DNA from: an uncultured Bifidobacterium sp.
GTDB taxonomy: Bacteria; Actinomycetota; Actinomycetes; S36-B12; UBA5976
Direction of reading: 5' to 3'
DNA: 51,342 bases
Assembly (NCBI GenBank): GCA_964655115.1
Contig: CAZZKM010000004.1
Coordinates: 1-51,342 of the forward strand
Shown: positions 21,792 through 29,424 of the stretch, piece by piece
Position numbering within the stretch: position 1 is the first letter of the stretch
Layout: every line of letters starts with the position of its first letter
The notes under the pieces: generated by a model
The model's input: the letters and a program-made list of their open reading frames with translations, nothing else
Databases searched by the model: none
Told to the model about the DNA's origin: nothing
Position numbers and translations under genes: made by a program

Positions 21792-21967
21792 GAAAGTGTT
21801 ACTCCAGTTTCTTTTTGTGTTGGTCTTTCGATCTTGCTGAAAGTTCTAGAATCAAATGTGTGAGGGAAAAATCCCTTTTTCCATTTGAGACGCGAGATAC
21901 CAATCTACGCAATAGCCACGGCGCGCCCGACATCGGGGGTCGAGTTCCCAGGCGATAGCCTCTGAAT

Positions 21968-22396
21968 GTGCTAAAGAGACTATTTATCGTAATTATGACT
22001 TTTGGGGCACTTTCAGCCTGCGTTCAGGCAGATCCTCCAGTCTGGACTCAAGCAGATACCGATATATATGTAGTCAATTGTGCGACTTTTGAACAAAAGC
22101 CAGTCGAATTAGTGCTTTATTGCGCAGACGCTGGTCAAATTTTGACCGAAATCAGCTGGTCCAGCTGGACCAGTGAAGAAGCCGTGGGCAGTGGCACCTC
22201 TACCACAAATGATTGTGAGCCAAATTGTGCTGCGGGCACCGATGTAGTCACAAAAGTAGACATCAAATTATTAAAACCTGTCGAATCAGCTGAAGGTCGA
22301 CTAGTTTTTAGTCAAATTGAAATGCAATATGAAAATCCACAACCATCTGGTGTGATGGATGAAATTTTAGACTTACCCACAGATATTTTGCGATAG
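21968..22396 (+). CDS. Hypothetical secreted lipoprotein (Cys-containing actinobacterial domain)
   Basis: Basic N-terminus, hydrophobic core and lipobox LSAC; motifs LYCADAG, WSSW and NDCEPNCAAG. TAGCCT at 21956-21961 lies 6 nt before the GTG. Confidence 0.7.
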   Translation: MLKRLFIVIMTFGALSACVQADPPVWTQADTDIYVVNCATFEQKPVELVLYCADAGQILTEISWSSWTSEEAVGSGTSTTNDCEPNCAAGTDVVTKVDIKLLKPVESAEGRLVFSQIEMQYENPQPSGVMDEILDLPTDILR

Positions 22397-22422
22397 TTAA
22401 CTAGTAACGCAATACTTAGCCC

Positions 22423-23628
22423 ATGAAAGTTGTGATTATCGGTGCTGGTTTTGCCGGATTGACTGTTGCCCAAAAACTTGCCAAGCAAAAAGATTTTGAA
22501 ATAACCATTATTGATAAAAATCCATATCAACTTTTTTCTCCTCTTTTATACCAAGTCGCTACAGGTGGATTACCAGAAGATGACATTGCATATCCCATAC
22601 GAGCTGCAATTCCTGGAGTTAAGTATCTACGAGGCGAATTAATAAAAATTAATGAGTCAGAAAATAGTATTACGTTAAAAGATCAAACAAGTCTTGAATT
22701 TGAATATTTAGTCTTAGCAACAGGAAGTACTGGAAATACTTTTGGAATTCCTGGAGTTAAAGAAAATACATTGCAAATGAAAACAATTGCAGAAGCAAGA
22801 GCAATTAAATACAGGCTTTTAAGTATGTATGAAGAAATTGAAGCAGGACATAAACCAAAAGATTCACTTAAAGTAATAGTTGTTGGGGCAGGTCCGACAG
22901 GTGTAGAAATTTCTGGCGCAGTTGCAGAATTACAAAAAAGTATGAAACATGAATTTCCAGATATTTATAAACATGCCTCAGTTACCTTAGTTGAAGCAGG
23001 TTCAAGAGTTTTGCCAATGTTTAAAGAAAAATCTTCAATGCATGCTCAGAAAGAATTAGAAGAAATTGGCGTAACTGTAAAAACTAATTCTGAAGTAGAT
23101 CGCATGTATGAATCAACAGTGCATTTAAAAAATGGTGAAATATTAATGGCGGGCACAATTATTTGGGCAGCAGGAGTTGCAGCACATTCTGAATGGGCAA
23201 AAATTGGTGAAGCTGATAGATCTAATCGAATAATCGTTGATGAATATTTAAGATCTAAACCAAATATTTTTGTTATAGGAGATGGCGCACACTTCAAATT
23301 AGACGGCAAACCTTTACCGATGGTTGCTCCAGTTGCAATGCAAATGGGAAGACATGTGGCAAAACAAATTTTGAATTTAAAAAATAACAAACCTTTAACA
23401 AAATTTAAATATAAAGATAAAGGTCAAATGGCGACTATTGGTAGAAGAAGAGCAGTTGTGGAAATGCCTAATGGGTTGAGATTTCATGGCACCCTTGCCT
23501 GGCTTACTTGGCTTGCTTTGCACGTTTTCTATTTAGCTGGGGGCAGAAATCGAATAAGTGTTATTGCAGACTGGATGTGGAATTACATTGCTTGGGGAAT
23601 TGGGCCAAGAAGAACTGTGATCGAATAA
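22423..23628 (+). CDS. ndh: Type II NADH dehydrogenase (NDH-2)
   Basis: GAGFAG, PLLYQVATG, second Rossmann VVGAGPTGVEISG, PMVAPVAMQMG, YKDKGQMATIGR. Confidence 0.9.
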   Translation: MKVVIIGAGFAGLTVAQKLAKQKDFEITIIDKNPYQLFSPLLYQVATGGLPEDDIAYPIRAAIPGVKYLRGELIKINESENSITLKDQTSLEFEYLVLATGSTGNTFGIPGVKENTLQMKTIAEARAIKYRLLSMYEEIEAGHKPKDSLKVIVVGAGPTGVEISGAVAELQKSMKHEFPDIYKHASVTLVEAGSRVLPMFKEKSSMHAQKELEEIGVTVKTNSEVDRMYESTVHLKNGEILMAGTIIWAAGVAAHSEWAKIGEADRSNRIIVDEYLRSKPNIFVIGDGAHFKLDGKPLPMVAPVAMQMGRHVAKQILNLKNNKPLTKFKYKDKGQMATIGRRRAVVEMPNGLRFHGTLAWLTWLALHVFYLAGGRNRISVIADWMWNYIAWGIGPRRTVIE

Positions 23629-23648
23629 CTAATTAAATAAAATAAAGT

Positions 23649-23990
23649 ATGTCCAAAATATTTAAAATGGCTGTAGCAGATGTCTACCCTCTTTATGTTA
23701 CAAAGATTGAAAGAAAAGGAAGAAAAAAATCTGAACTGAATAAAGTTATATTTTGGCTCACAGGTTTAGATAATGAAGGTTTAAAACTTCACTTAAAAAA
23801 TAAAACAACTTTTGAAGACTTCTTTAAAAAAGTAAAAATTAACCCAAAAGCTAAATTAATAACGGGCAATATTTGTGGGGTTAAAGTGGAAGATATTAAA
23901 GATCCCTTAATGAAAAAAGTTCGTTACTTAGATAAATTAGTGGATGAACTTGCTAAGGGTAAATCTTTAGAAAAAATTCTAAGAAGTTAG
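23649..23990 (+). CDS. DUF2200 family protein
   Basis: VYPLYVTKIERKGR...VIFWLTG, ITGNICGVKVEDI, VRYLDKLVDELAKGK. Confidence 0.85.
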   Translation: MSKIFKMAVADVYPLYVTKIERKGRKKSELNKVIFWLTGLDNEGLKLHLKNKTTFEDFFKKVKINPKAKLITGNICGVKVEDIKDPLMKKVRYLDKLVDELAKGKSLEKILRS

Positions 23991-25105
23991 ATTTGTGAAA
24001 TCTGATATTTTGAATTATTTAACCAATTTGGATTAATCTCTACTCCCCATCCTGGTTCATTGCTAATTTGAATCTTGCCATCTTCAATTTTGAATGGATC
24101 GCCTAAAAATAAATCTTTTTGCCAAGGATAATAATCTTCGCCTTCGATTGAAAATTCTAAATATTTGCCTGAATTTTTTATTGCTTTTAATAAATGCATA
24201 GTACAAATTGTTACCAGAGATAAATTTGCAGAATGCGGTGTTATCGATTTACCAACATTTTCTGCCATCTTTGCAACTTTTAGAGTGCGACTTATTCCAC
24301 CCATGTACATCACATCGGGTTGACAAATATCAACCACATTCTTTTCAATCATTTGCTTCCAAACAATAAAATCCCAATCTTGTTCACCTCCGGTGATGTC
24401 TATATCTAGTGCATCTCTAACTTTCTTGGTTTCTTCTAATTCCCAATATCGGCATGGTTCTTCAAAATGATCAATCCCAAAATCTTGTAACATCTTGCCA
24501 ATTTCAATTGCTTTTTCTGCACTAAATCCACTATTAGCATCCACTAATTTGTTTGTAGTTTGACCTAAAGATTCACTGACAGTTTTAATTATTTCTTCAG
24601 TTCTTCCAGGCCACTCATCTATGTCTCGTCCATTTTCTGCACCGATTCTCCATTTGAATGCATCAAACCCATATTTATCTTGTAATTTTAAAAATCTGTT
24701 TGCTTCATCTTGTGGTTTAATATCTCGCTTCATACTTGATGCATAAACTCTCAACTTCCCTGTTGAGCCACCCAACAATTCCACTACAGGCTTGTCAAAA
24801 AATTTTCCATACAAATCCCATATCGCTGTGTCTAATCCAGCTAATGCCCTACACCTGTAACTTCCAGGATATTTGTGCTCTTTTTCTTCAATTAAAGTAA
24901 TTAATTCTTCTAAGTTTTCTAAGTTCATTCCAATTGCCCATGGAGCGATTTGACGATGAAATATCTGGGCAGTTATATCTGCGTTATAGGTCGATGTCTG
25001 ACCCCAACCCACATTTCCACTTGTTGTAGTTAATTTAACAAAACAGACAAATTCATTTGAAAAAGTTTCTAATTTAGATATTTTTCCTAAATCTGATTTA
25101 TCCAT
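23987..25105 (-). CDS. Enolase-superfamily protein, mandelate racemase/muconate lactonizing enzyme family (acid dehydratase/racemase-like)
   Basis: LAGLDTAIWDL, FKWR (KxR), metal ligands VDAN / FEEP / GGEQ, QPD, ITPH, PGWGVEIN. Confidence 0.9.
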   Translation of the reverse strand: MDKSDLGKISKLETFSNEFVCFVKLTTTSGNVGWGQTSTYNADITAQIFHRQIAPWAIGMNLENLEELITLIEEKEHKYPGSYRCRALAGLDTAIWDLYGKFFDKPVVELLGGSTGKLRVYASSMKRDIKPQDEANRFLKLQDKYGFDAFKWRIGAENGRDIDEWPGRTEEIIKTVSESLGQTTNKLVDANSGFSAEKAIEIGKMLQDFGIDHFEEPCRYWELEETKKVRDALDIDITGGEQDWDFIVWKQMIEKNVVDICQPDVMYMGGISRTLKVAKMAENVGKSITPHSANLSLVTICTMHLLKAIKNSGKYLEFSIEGEDYYPWQKDLFLGDPFKIEDGKIQISNEPGWGVEINPNWLNNSKYQISQI

Positions 25106-25108
25106 ATA

Positions 25109-26560
25109 TTAAGGTAATTTAATCATCACGTGCTTAATTTGAGTATATTCCTCTAACGAATATATTGATCTTTCTTTCCCATAACCTGATTCTTTAAAAC
25201 CACCCCAAGGCATTTCTGCAGTAACTGCTCCGTGATCATTAATCCAAACTGTTCCAAATTTTAATCTTCGACTCGCTTCCATAGCCATTCCTACATTATT
25301 AGTAAAAATTGATGAACCAAGTCCATATTTAACATCATTTGCTAATTCAATCGCATGAAAGTCATCGTCTGCTTTTTGAATGGTCACCACTGGACCAAAA
25401 ACTTCTGATTGAATTATTTCAAAATTTTGTTCAACGTTTGAAATAATAGTCGGTTCAAATAGAAACCCTTTATTTCCAATTTTTTCTCCACCTAATTCGA
25501 TTTTTGCACCTGCTTGTTGACTTCTTTGCACAAAATTAATTACATTCTTAAAATGATTTTCATGAGTTAATGGACCCATTTCGGTCGACTGCAAGCTAGG
25601 ATCACCAACTTTTAAAGTTGAAATACTAGTTATTAAGGCATTTAATACTTTTTCATAACTTTTTTTTGTGACAATTATTCTAGTTGCAGCACTGCAATCT
25701 TGACCTGCATTCCAGAAAGAAGCCCACTTTAAACTTTCTGCAACAACCTCAGGATCAGCATCATCTAAAATAATTGAAGGCGCTTTCCCTCCTAGCTCTA
25801 AATGCACATGTTTTAAAGTTTCTGAGGCAATTTGCGCAACGATCTTACCGGTCTTTGTTCCGCCTGTTAACGAAACTATGTCGATATCTTTATTTTTTGC
25901 TAGTTGAGCTCCTGCGGTAGTTCCATAACCTGTAATTACATTGATTACACCAGGTGGAAAAATTTCATTTGCTAATTTTGCAAGTCTTAAAGTCGTTAAT
26001 GGTGTTTGCTCTGACGGTTTTAAAACAATAGTATTTCCCGCTGCTAATGCTGGACTCATTTTTGTGATTGCAGTCAAAAGTGGATAGTTCCAAGGTGTAA
26101 TTAATCCTGCAACACCTATAGGTTCTCGTCTAATTATCGATGTGTAACCCTTTGCATATTCGCCTGCTGATCTGCCTTCTAATGTTCTTCCAGCCCCAGC
26201 AAAAAATTTAAGTCGATCAGCTCCACTTTTGATTTCACCACCGACAACAGATATTGGATGGCCTGAATTTATTGTCTCTAATTGAGATAAATTTTCTATA
26301 TCTTCAAGCAACCTATTTGATAATTCAATTAATAAATCAGCTCGCTCTTTTGGTGGCATCCTCCCCCAATCAAAAGAGGCATTTTTAGCAGCAGTTGCTG
26401 CACTATCTACATCTTCTACTGTTACCGCAGGCACTTCAGCAATTATTTCCTCATTAATTGGATTTATTACTGAAATTGTTTCTTCGTTACTTGATTCAAC
26501 CCATTTACCATTAATTAAATTTTTTTCTATTATTAATTCTTTATTCAAAGACAAGGACAC
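25109..26560 (-). CDS. NAD-dependent aldehyde dehydrogenase, PatD/YdcW (aminobutyraldehyde dehydrogenase)-like
   Basis: ITPWNYP, LKPSEQTP, LTGGTKTG, LELGGKAP, NAGQDCSAATR, EVFGPV, WGGFKESGYG. The likely start is GTG 26560 (after GGAG) or TTG 26548, rather than the ORF-track ATG at 26602. Confidence 0.88.
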   Translation of the reverse strand: MSLSLNKELIIEKNLINGKWVESSNEETISVINPINEEIIAEVPAVTVEDVDSAATAAKNASFDWGRMPPKERADLLIELSNRLLEDIENLSQLETINSGHPISVVGGEIKSGADRLKFFAGAGRTLEGRSAGEYAKGYTSIIRREPIGVAGLITPWNYPLLTAITKMSPALAAGNTIVLKPSEQTPLTTLRLAKLANEIFPPGVINVITGYGTTAGAQLAKNKDIDIVSLTGGTKTGKIVAQIASETLKHVHLELGGKAPSIILDDADPEVVAESLKWASFWNAGQDCSAATRIIVTKKSYEKVLNALITSISTLKVGDPSLQSTEMGPLTHENHFKNVINFVQRSQQAGAKIELGGEKIGNKGFLFEPTIISNVEQNFEIIQSEVFGPVVTIQKADDDFHAIELANDVKYGLGSSIFTNNVGMAMEASRRLKFGTVWINDHGAVTAEMPWGGFKESGYGKERSIYSLEEYTQIKHVMIKLP

Positions 26561-27644
26561 TTCTTGCTCCCTCTCCTTTGCGTAACTGTTCAAACGCGTC
26601 ATTTAATTCATTCAAATTAATACGCCTGCTGATTAATTCATCAAGTTTTAATTCACCTGTCAGATACTTTTCCACTAAATTAGGCACGTCACGTTGAATA
26701 TCGGAAGACCCAAAATAACATCCTTTAATAGATTGTTCATTAACAAATGGTCCTGCTTCTATTGTTAATTTTGCACCATGTTTCATAAGTCCAACTAATG
26801 TTAGAGAGCCAAAAGGCCCAACGGATTTCCAGGCACTTTGAATAGTTTCTTCTTTGCCCAATGCCTCAAAAGCAAAATCAACTCCTCCATCAGTTATTTC
26901 TTTTATTATTTGTACTGGATCTGAGTTTATTGAATTAATTAAATTTGTTGCTCCAAGTTTTTTTGCTAGGCTTAATTTTTCTTCTGAAATATCAATTGCA
27001 AAAATATTTTTTGCTTTAGCAATTTTTGCTCCTTGGATTATATTTAATCCAACTCCGCCACATCCAAAGACGGCAACATTTGAATCCTCTTTAACTTTTG
27101 CAGTATTTGTCACCGCTCCAAAACCAGTTAAAACTGCACAACTTATCAAAGCTGCTCTATCTAGTGGCATTTCTTTTTTGATTTTTACTAAACCAGATGA
27201 AGGAACAACAGCATATTCTGCAAAAGAAGCGGTTGTAAGAAAGTGATTAATTTTTTTACCATCTTTGCTAAGTCGACTTGTTCCATCAAAAAGATTGCCC
27301 TCAAACATAGAGTTGCCAGCTAGTAAACAAAAATTAGGATTTCCAGATTTACAATATTTGCAGTTACCGCAATTTGGAACAATTGATAAAACTACGTGAT
27401 CTCCAGGGGAAAAGTCAGACACATTTGTGCCGCATTTTTCAACAATTCCTGCTGCCTCATGTCCAATTACAGCAGGAAATGGAACAAGATTTCTTTTGCC
27501 ATCTATTGCATTTAAATCACTGGCGCATAGTCCACTAGCCTTAATTTTGACTAGTACTTCATTTTCTTTCGGTTCAGCTAAATCTACTTCTTCAATTTTA
27601 AATTTACTTCCCACTGATTCCAATATTGCTGCTTGAATTTTCAG
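26541..27644 (-). CDS. Zinc-dependent alcohol dehydrogenase (MDR, class III-like)
   Basis: GLCASD, GHEAAG, structural Zn CGNCKYCKSGNPNFC, ISCAVLTG, FGCGGVG. The probable start is CTG at 27644 (MKIQAAIL) after SD AAAGGGG; the ORF track starts at 27683. Confidence 0.88.
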   Translation of the reverse strand: MKIQAAILESVGSKFKIEEVDLAEPKENEVLVKIKASGLCASDLNAIDGKRNLVPFPAVIGHEAAGIVEKCGTNVSDFSPGDHVVLSIVPNCGNCKYCKSGNPNFCLLAGNSMFEGNLFDGTSRLSKDGKKINHFLTTASFAEYAVVPSSGLVKIKKEMPLDRAALISCAVLTGFGAVTNTAKVKEDSNVAVFGCGGVGLNIIQGAKIAKAKNIFAIDISEEKLSLAKKLGATNLINSINSDPVQIIKEITDGGVDFAFEALGKEETIQSAWKSVGPFGSLTLVGLMKHGAKLTIEAGPFVNEQSIKGCYFGSSDIQRDVPNLVEKYLTGELKLDELISRRINLNELNDAFEQLRKGEGARSVLVFE

Positions 27645-27673
27645 AAAAACCCCTTTAAACTTTGCTTCTATCG

Positions 27674-27699
27674 TGCAACACATGTTTCATAATGTTGTA
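27674..27699. promoter_or_regulatory. Candidate IclR operator (imperfect inverted repeat) in the divergent promoter region
   Basis: TGCAACA-N12-TGTTGTA lies between the ADH start and the IclR gene. Confidence 0.5.
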
Positions 27700-27738
27700 G
27701 TCTTAAGAATACTAGATTACTAAAAAAGGCATGAGCAA

Positions 27739-28485
27739 ATGGCTAAAACTGTACAGTCTGTTGAGAGAGCGTTAAAACTCTTAGAAGTAATTTCAGAGAA
27801 TCAGATTCCTTTGACCGTTCCTCAAATGGCAAAACAAGCCGGAGTTAATCGAGCCACAGCTTGGAGGCTTTTAAATACACTCGAATTATTTGATTTGATC
27901 CAAAAAGATTCTGTAACTAATGAATACACCATCAGTTTGGGAATTTGGAGAATCGCCCAGAATACAAATTTAAATCAATTAATTAGAAAAGCTAAACCCA
28001 TATTAGAAAAAATTGTAAAAATCACCGAGGGAACAGCTTTTCTTGAAATATCTTCTAAAAATAAACTTGTTGTTTTAGATGAATGTAAATCAAAGAAATT
28101 TATTCAAGTTGATTTACTTGGGGTTGAAGTGCCACTTCATTGTGGTTCAGTCGGGAAATTATTTTTGTCATCCCTTGATGATACTGAACTGAATTTATAT
28201 ATGAAAAATAAACTAGAATCTTATACGCCATATACAATTACAGATAAAAATAAACTAAAAAAAGAAATTGAAAAAATAAGAAATAAATCAATATCTTTTA
28301 ATTACAAAGAACATGACCAACAATGGTGCGGAATAACATCTGTTGTTAAGAATACTAATGGAAATCATTTTGCCTATATCAATTTAACTTTACCAACTTA
28401 TTCAACAAGCGAGAAAAAATTGCATTCCTATTCAAATTTAATGAAGAGTGCATCGCAAGAACTAGAAAAAAAATTATTTAATTAG
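27739..28485 (+). CDS. IclR-family transcriptional regulator
   Basis: N-terminal QSVERALKLLEV, HTH AGVNRATAWRLLNTL, effector domain PLHCGSVGKLFLS and YTPYTITD. Confidence 0.92.
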   Translation: MAKTVQSVERALKLLEVISENQIPLTVPQMAKQAGVNRATAWRLLNTLELFDLIQKDSVTNEYTISLGIWRIAQNTNLNQLIRKAKPILEKIVKITEGTAFLEISSKNKLVVLDECKSKKFIQVDLLGVEVPLHCGSVGKLFLSSLDDTELNLYMKNKLESYTPYTITDKNKLKKEIEKIRNKSISFNYKEHDQQWCGITSVVKNTNGNHFAYINLTLPTYSTSEKKLHSYSNLMKSASQELEKKLFN

Positions 28486-28500
28486 ATTCTGTCTTTGTGA

Positions 28501-29349
28501 TCAAGCTATTTTAGAGAAGCGAAATAAATTTGATAAAAAATCTTTTACTTTTGTAGTTAGTGTTTTTATTGATTTAACAACTTCATTTTCAGGTTCCCCT
28601 ATATTTTCACCTTGGGAAACTAAAGCATTATCTACATCAGTCTCAATGTTATCTATAAGACCTTGAATTGATTCATATTTTAAAATTGGATCATTTTCCC
28701 AATTTGAGTATTTAACTGAAACAGTTTCATTTGATTCAAGATTTTCTTTTAAAGTGGTAACTGTAACTGAGTCAGAATTTTCAATAGTTGTGTATTGGCT
28801 TTCTTGGTTAATGATTCCGGTGTGTAGATTTTTTCCATCTGTTGCAGTTTTTTCAGGAATCAAAGTTGATTTACTAGAGATTGTGTTTCCTTTAGCATCA
28901 GTTGACTTATTTGAAATGGTGAAATTTTTCTCTTTTGCATTCCATTTCACACTTCCATCATTTGATTGAGTCGCATTTCCATTTGCATCAATGTTGGTTT
29001 GGGTTCCATGCCAACCAGCAACATTTCCATCAGCGGTTGCTCTGGTTTGAAATCGAAGATTACAGTTTGTACAACCCATATATTCTCCAGGCAATTTTCC
29101 GCCCCAAGATCCACTTGGTCCACAAACATCTGCGGTGCAAACAATTACTCCATGAACTGCTCCAGTGGTTGGATCAACTACTGCCCATCCACCAACACCT
29201 TCATTTGCTTCTGCTGGTGGAACATAACTTTCTTCAGCAGGAGTTTCAACAGGTGCAACTTCTTCACCTTCGGCATAACTTGGACTTATCAAAAATGTTG
29301 AAATAATAAATGAAATAAAAAATAGATTGATTAATCTTTTATTCTGCAC
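28501..29349 (-). CDS. Hypothetical secreted protein
   Basis: GTG start and signal peptide ending SPSYA, an acidic Pro-rich linker, a Gly/Cys-rich domain (VIVCTADVCGPSGSWGG...GCTNC) and a Thr/Ser/Asn-rich C-terminal half. Confidence 0.7.
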   Translation of the reverse strand: MQNKRLINLFFISFIISTFLISPSYAEGEEVAPVETPAEESYVPPAEANEGVGGWAVVDPTTGAVHGVIVCTADVCGPSGSWGGKLPGEYMGCTNCNLRFQTRATADGNVAGWHGTQTNIDANGNATQSNDGSVKWNAKEKNFTISNKSTDAKGNTISSKSTLIPEKTATDGKNLHTGIINQESQYTTIENSDSVTVTTLKENLESNETVSVKYSNWENDPILKYESIQGLIDNIETDVDNALVSQGENIGEPENEVVKSIKTLTTKVKDFLSNLFRFSKIA

Positions 29350-29379
29350 AATTTGATTGTAGTACTTAAATATAAATTA

Positions 29380-29410
29380 AAAAGCCCCTAAATATCATTT
29401 AGGGGCTTTT
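29380..29410 (-). terminator. Intrinsic terminator after rpoC (bidirectional shape)
   Basis: AAAAGCCCCTAAAT-ATC-ATTTAGGGGCTTTT is a perfect 14-bp inverted repeat just downstream of the rpoC stop. Confidence 0.9.
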
Positions 29411-29424
29411 GTCTGGAATTATTT

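Noticed and set aside
26561-26602. ORF-track N-terminal extension of the ALDH (MTRLNSYAKERE)
   Set aside because: It would overlap the ADH by 62 nt. GTG 26560 or TTG 26548 gives a normal ALDH N-terminus and tight coupling.
21968-29349. Possible mobile element or prophage for the rpsL-rpoC insert
   Set aside because: There is no integrase, transposase, terminal repeat or tRNA attachment site. The content is metabolic, so it was treated as an accessory block only.
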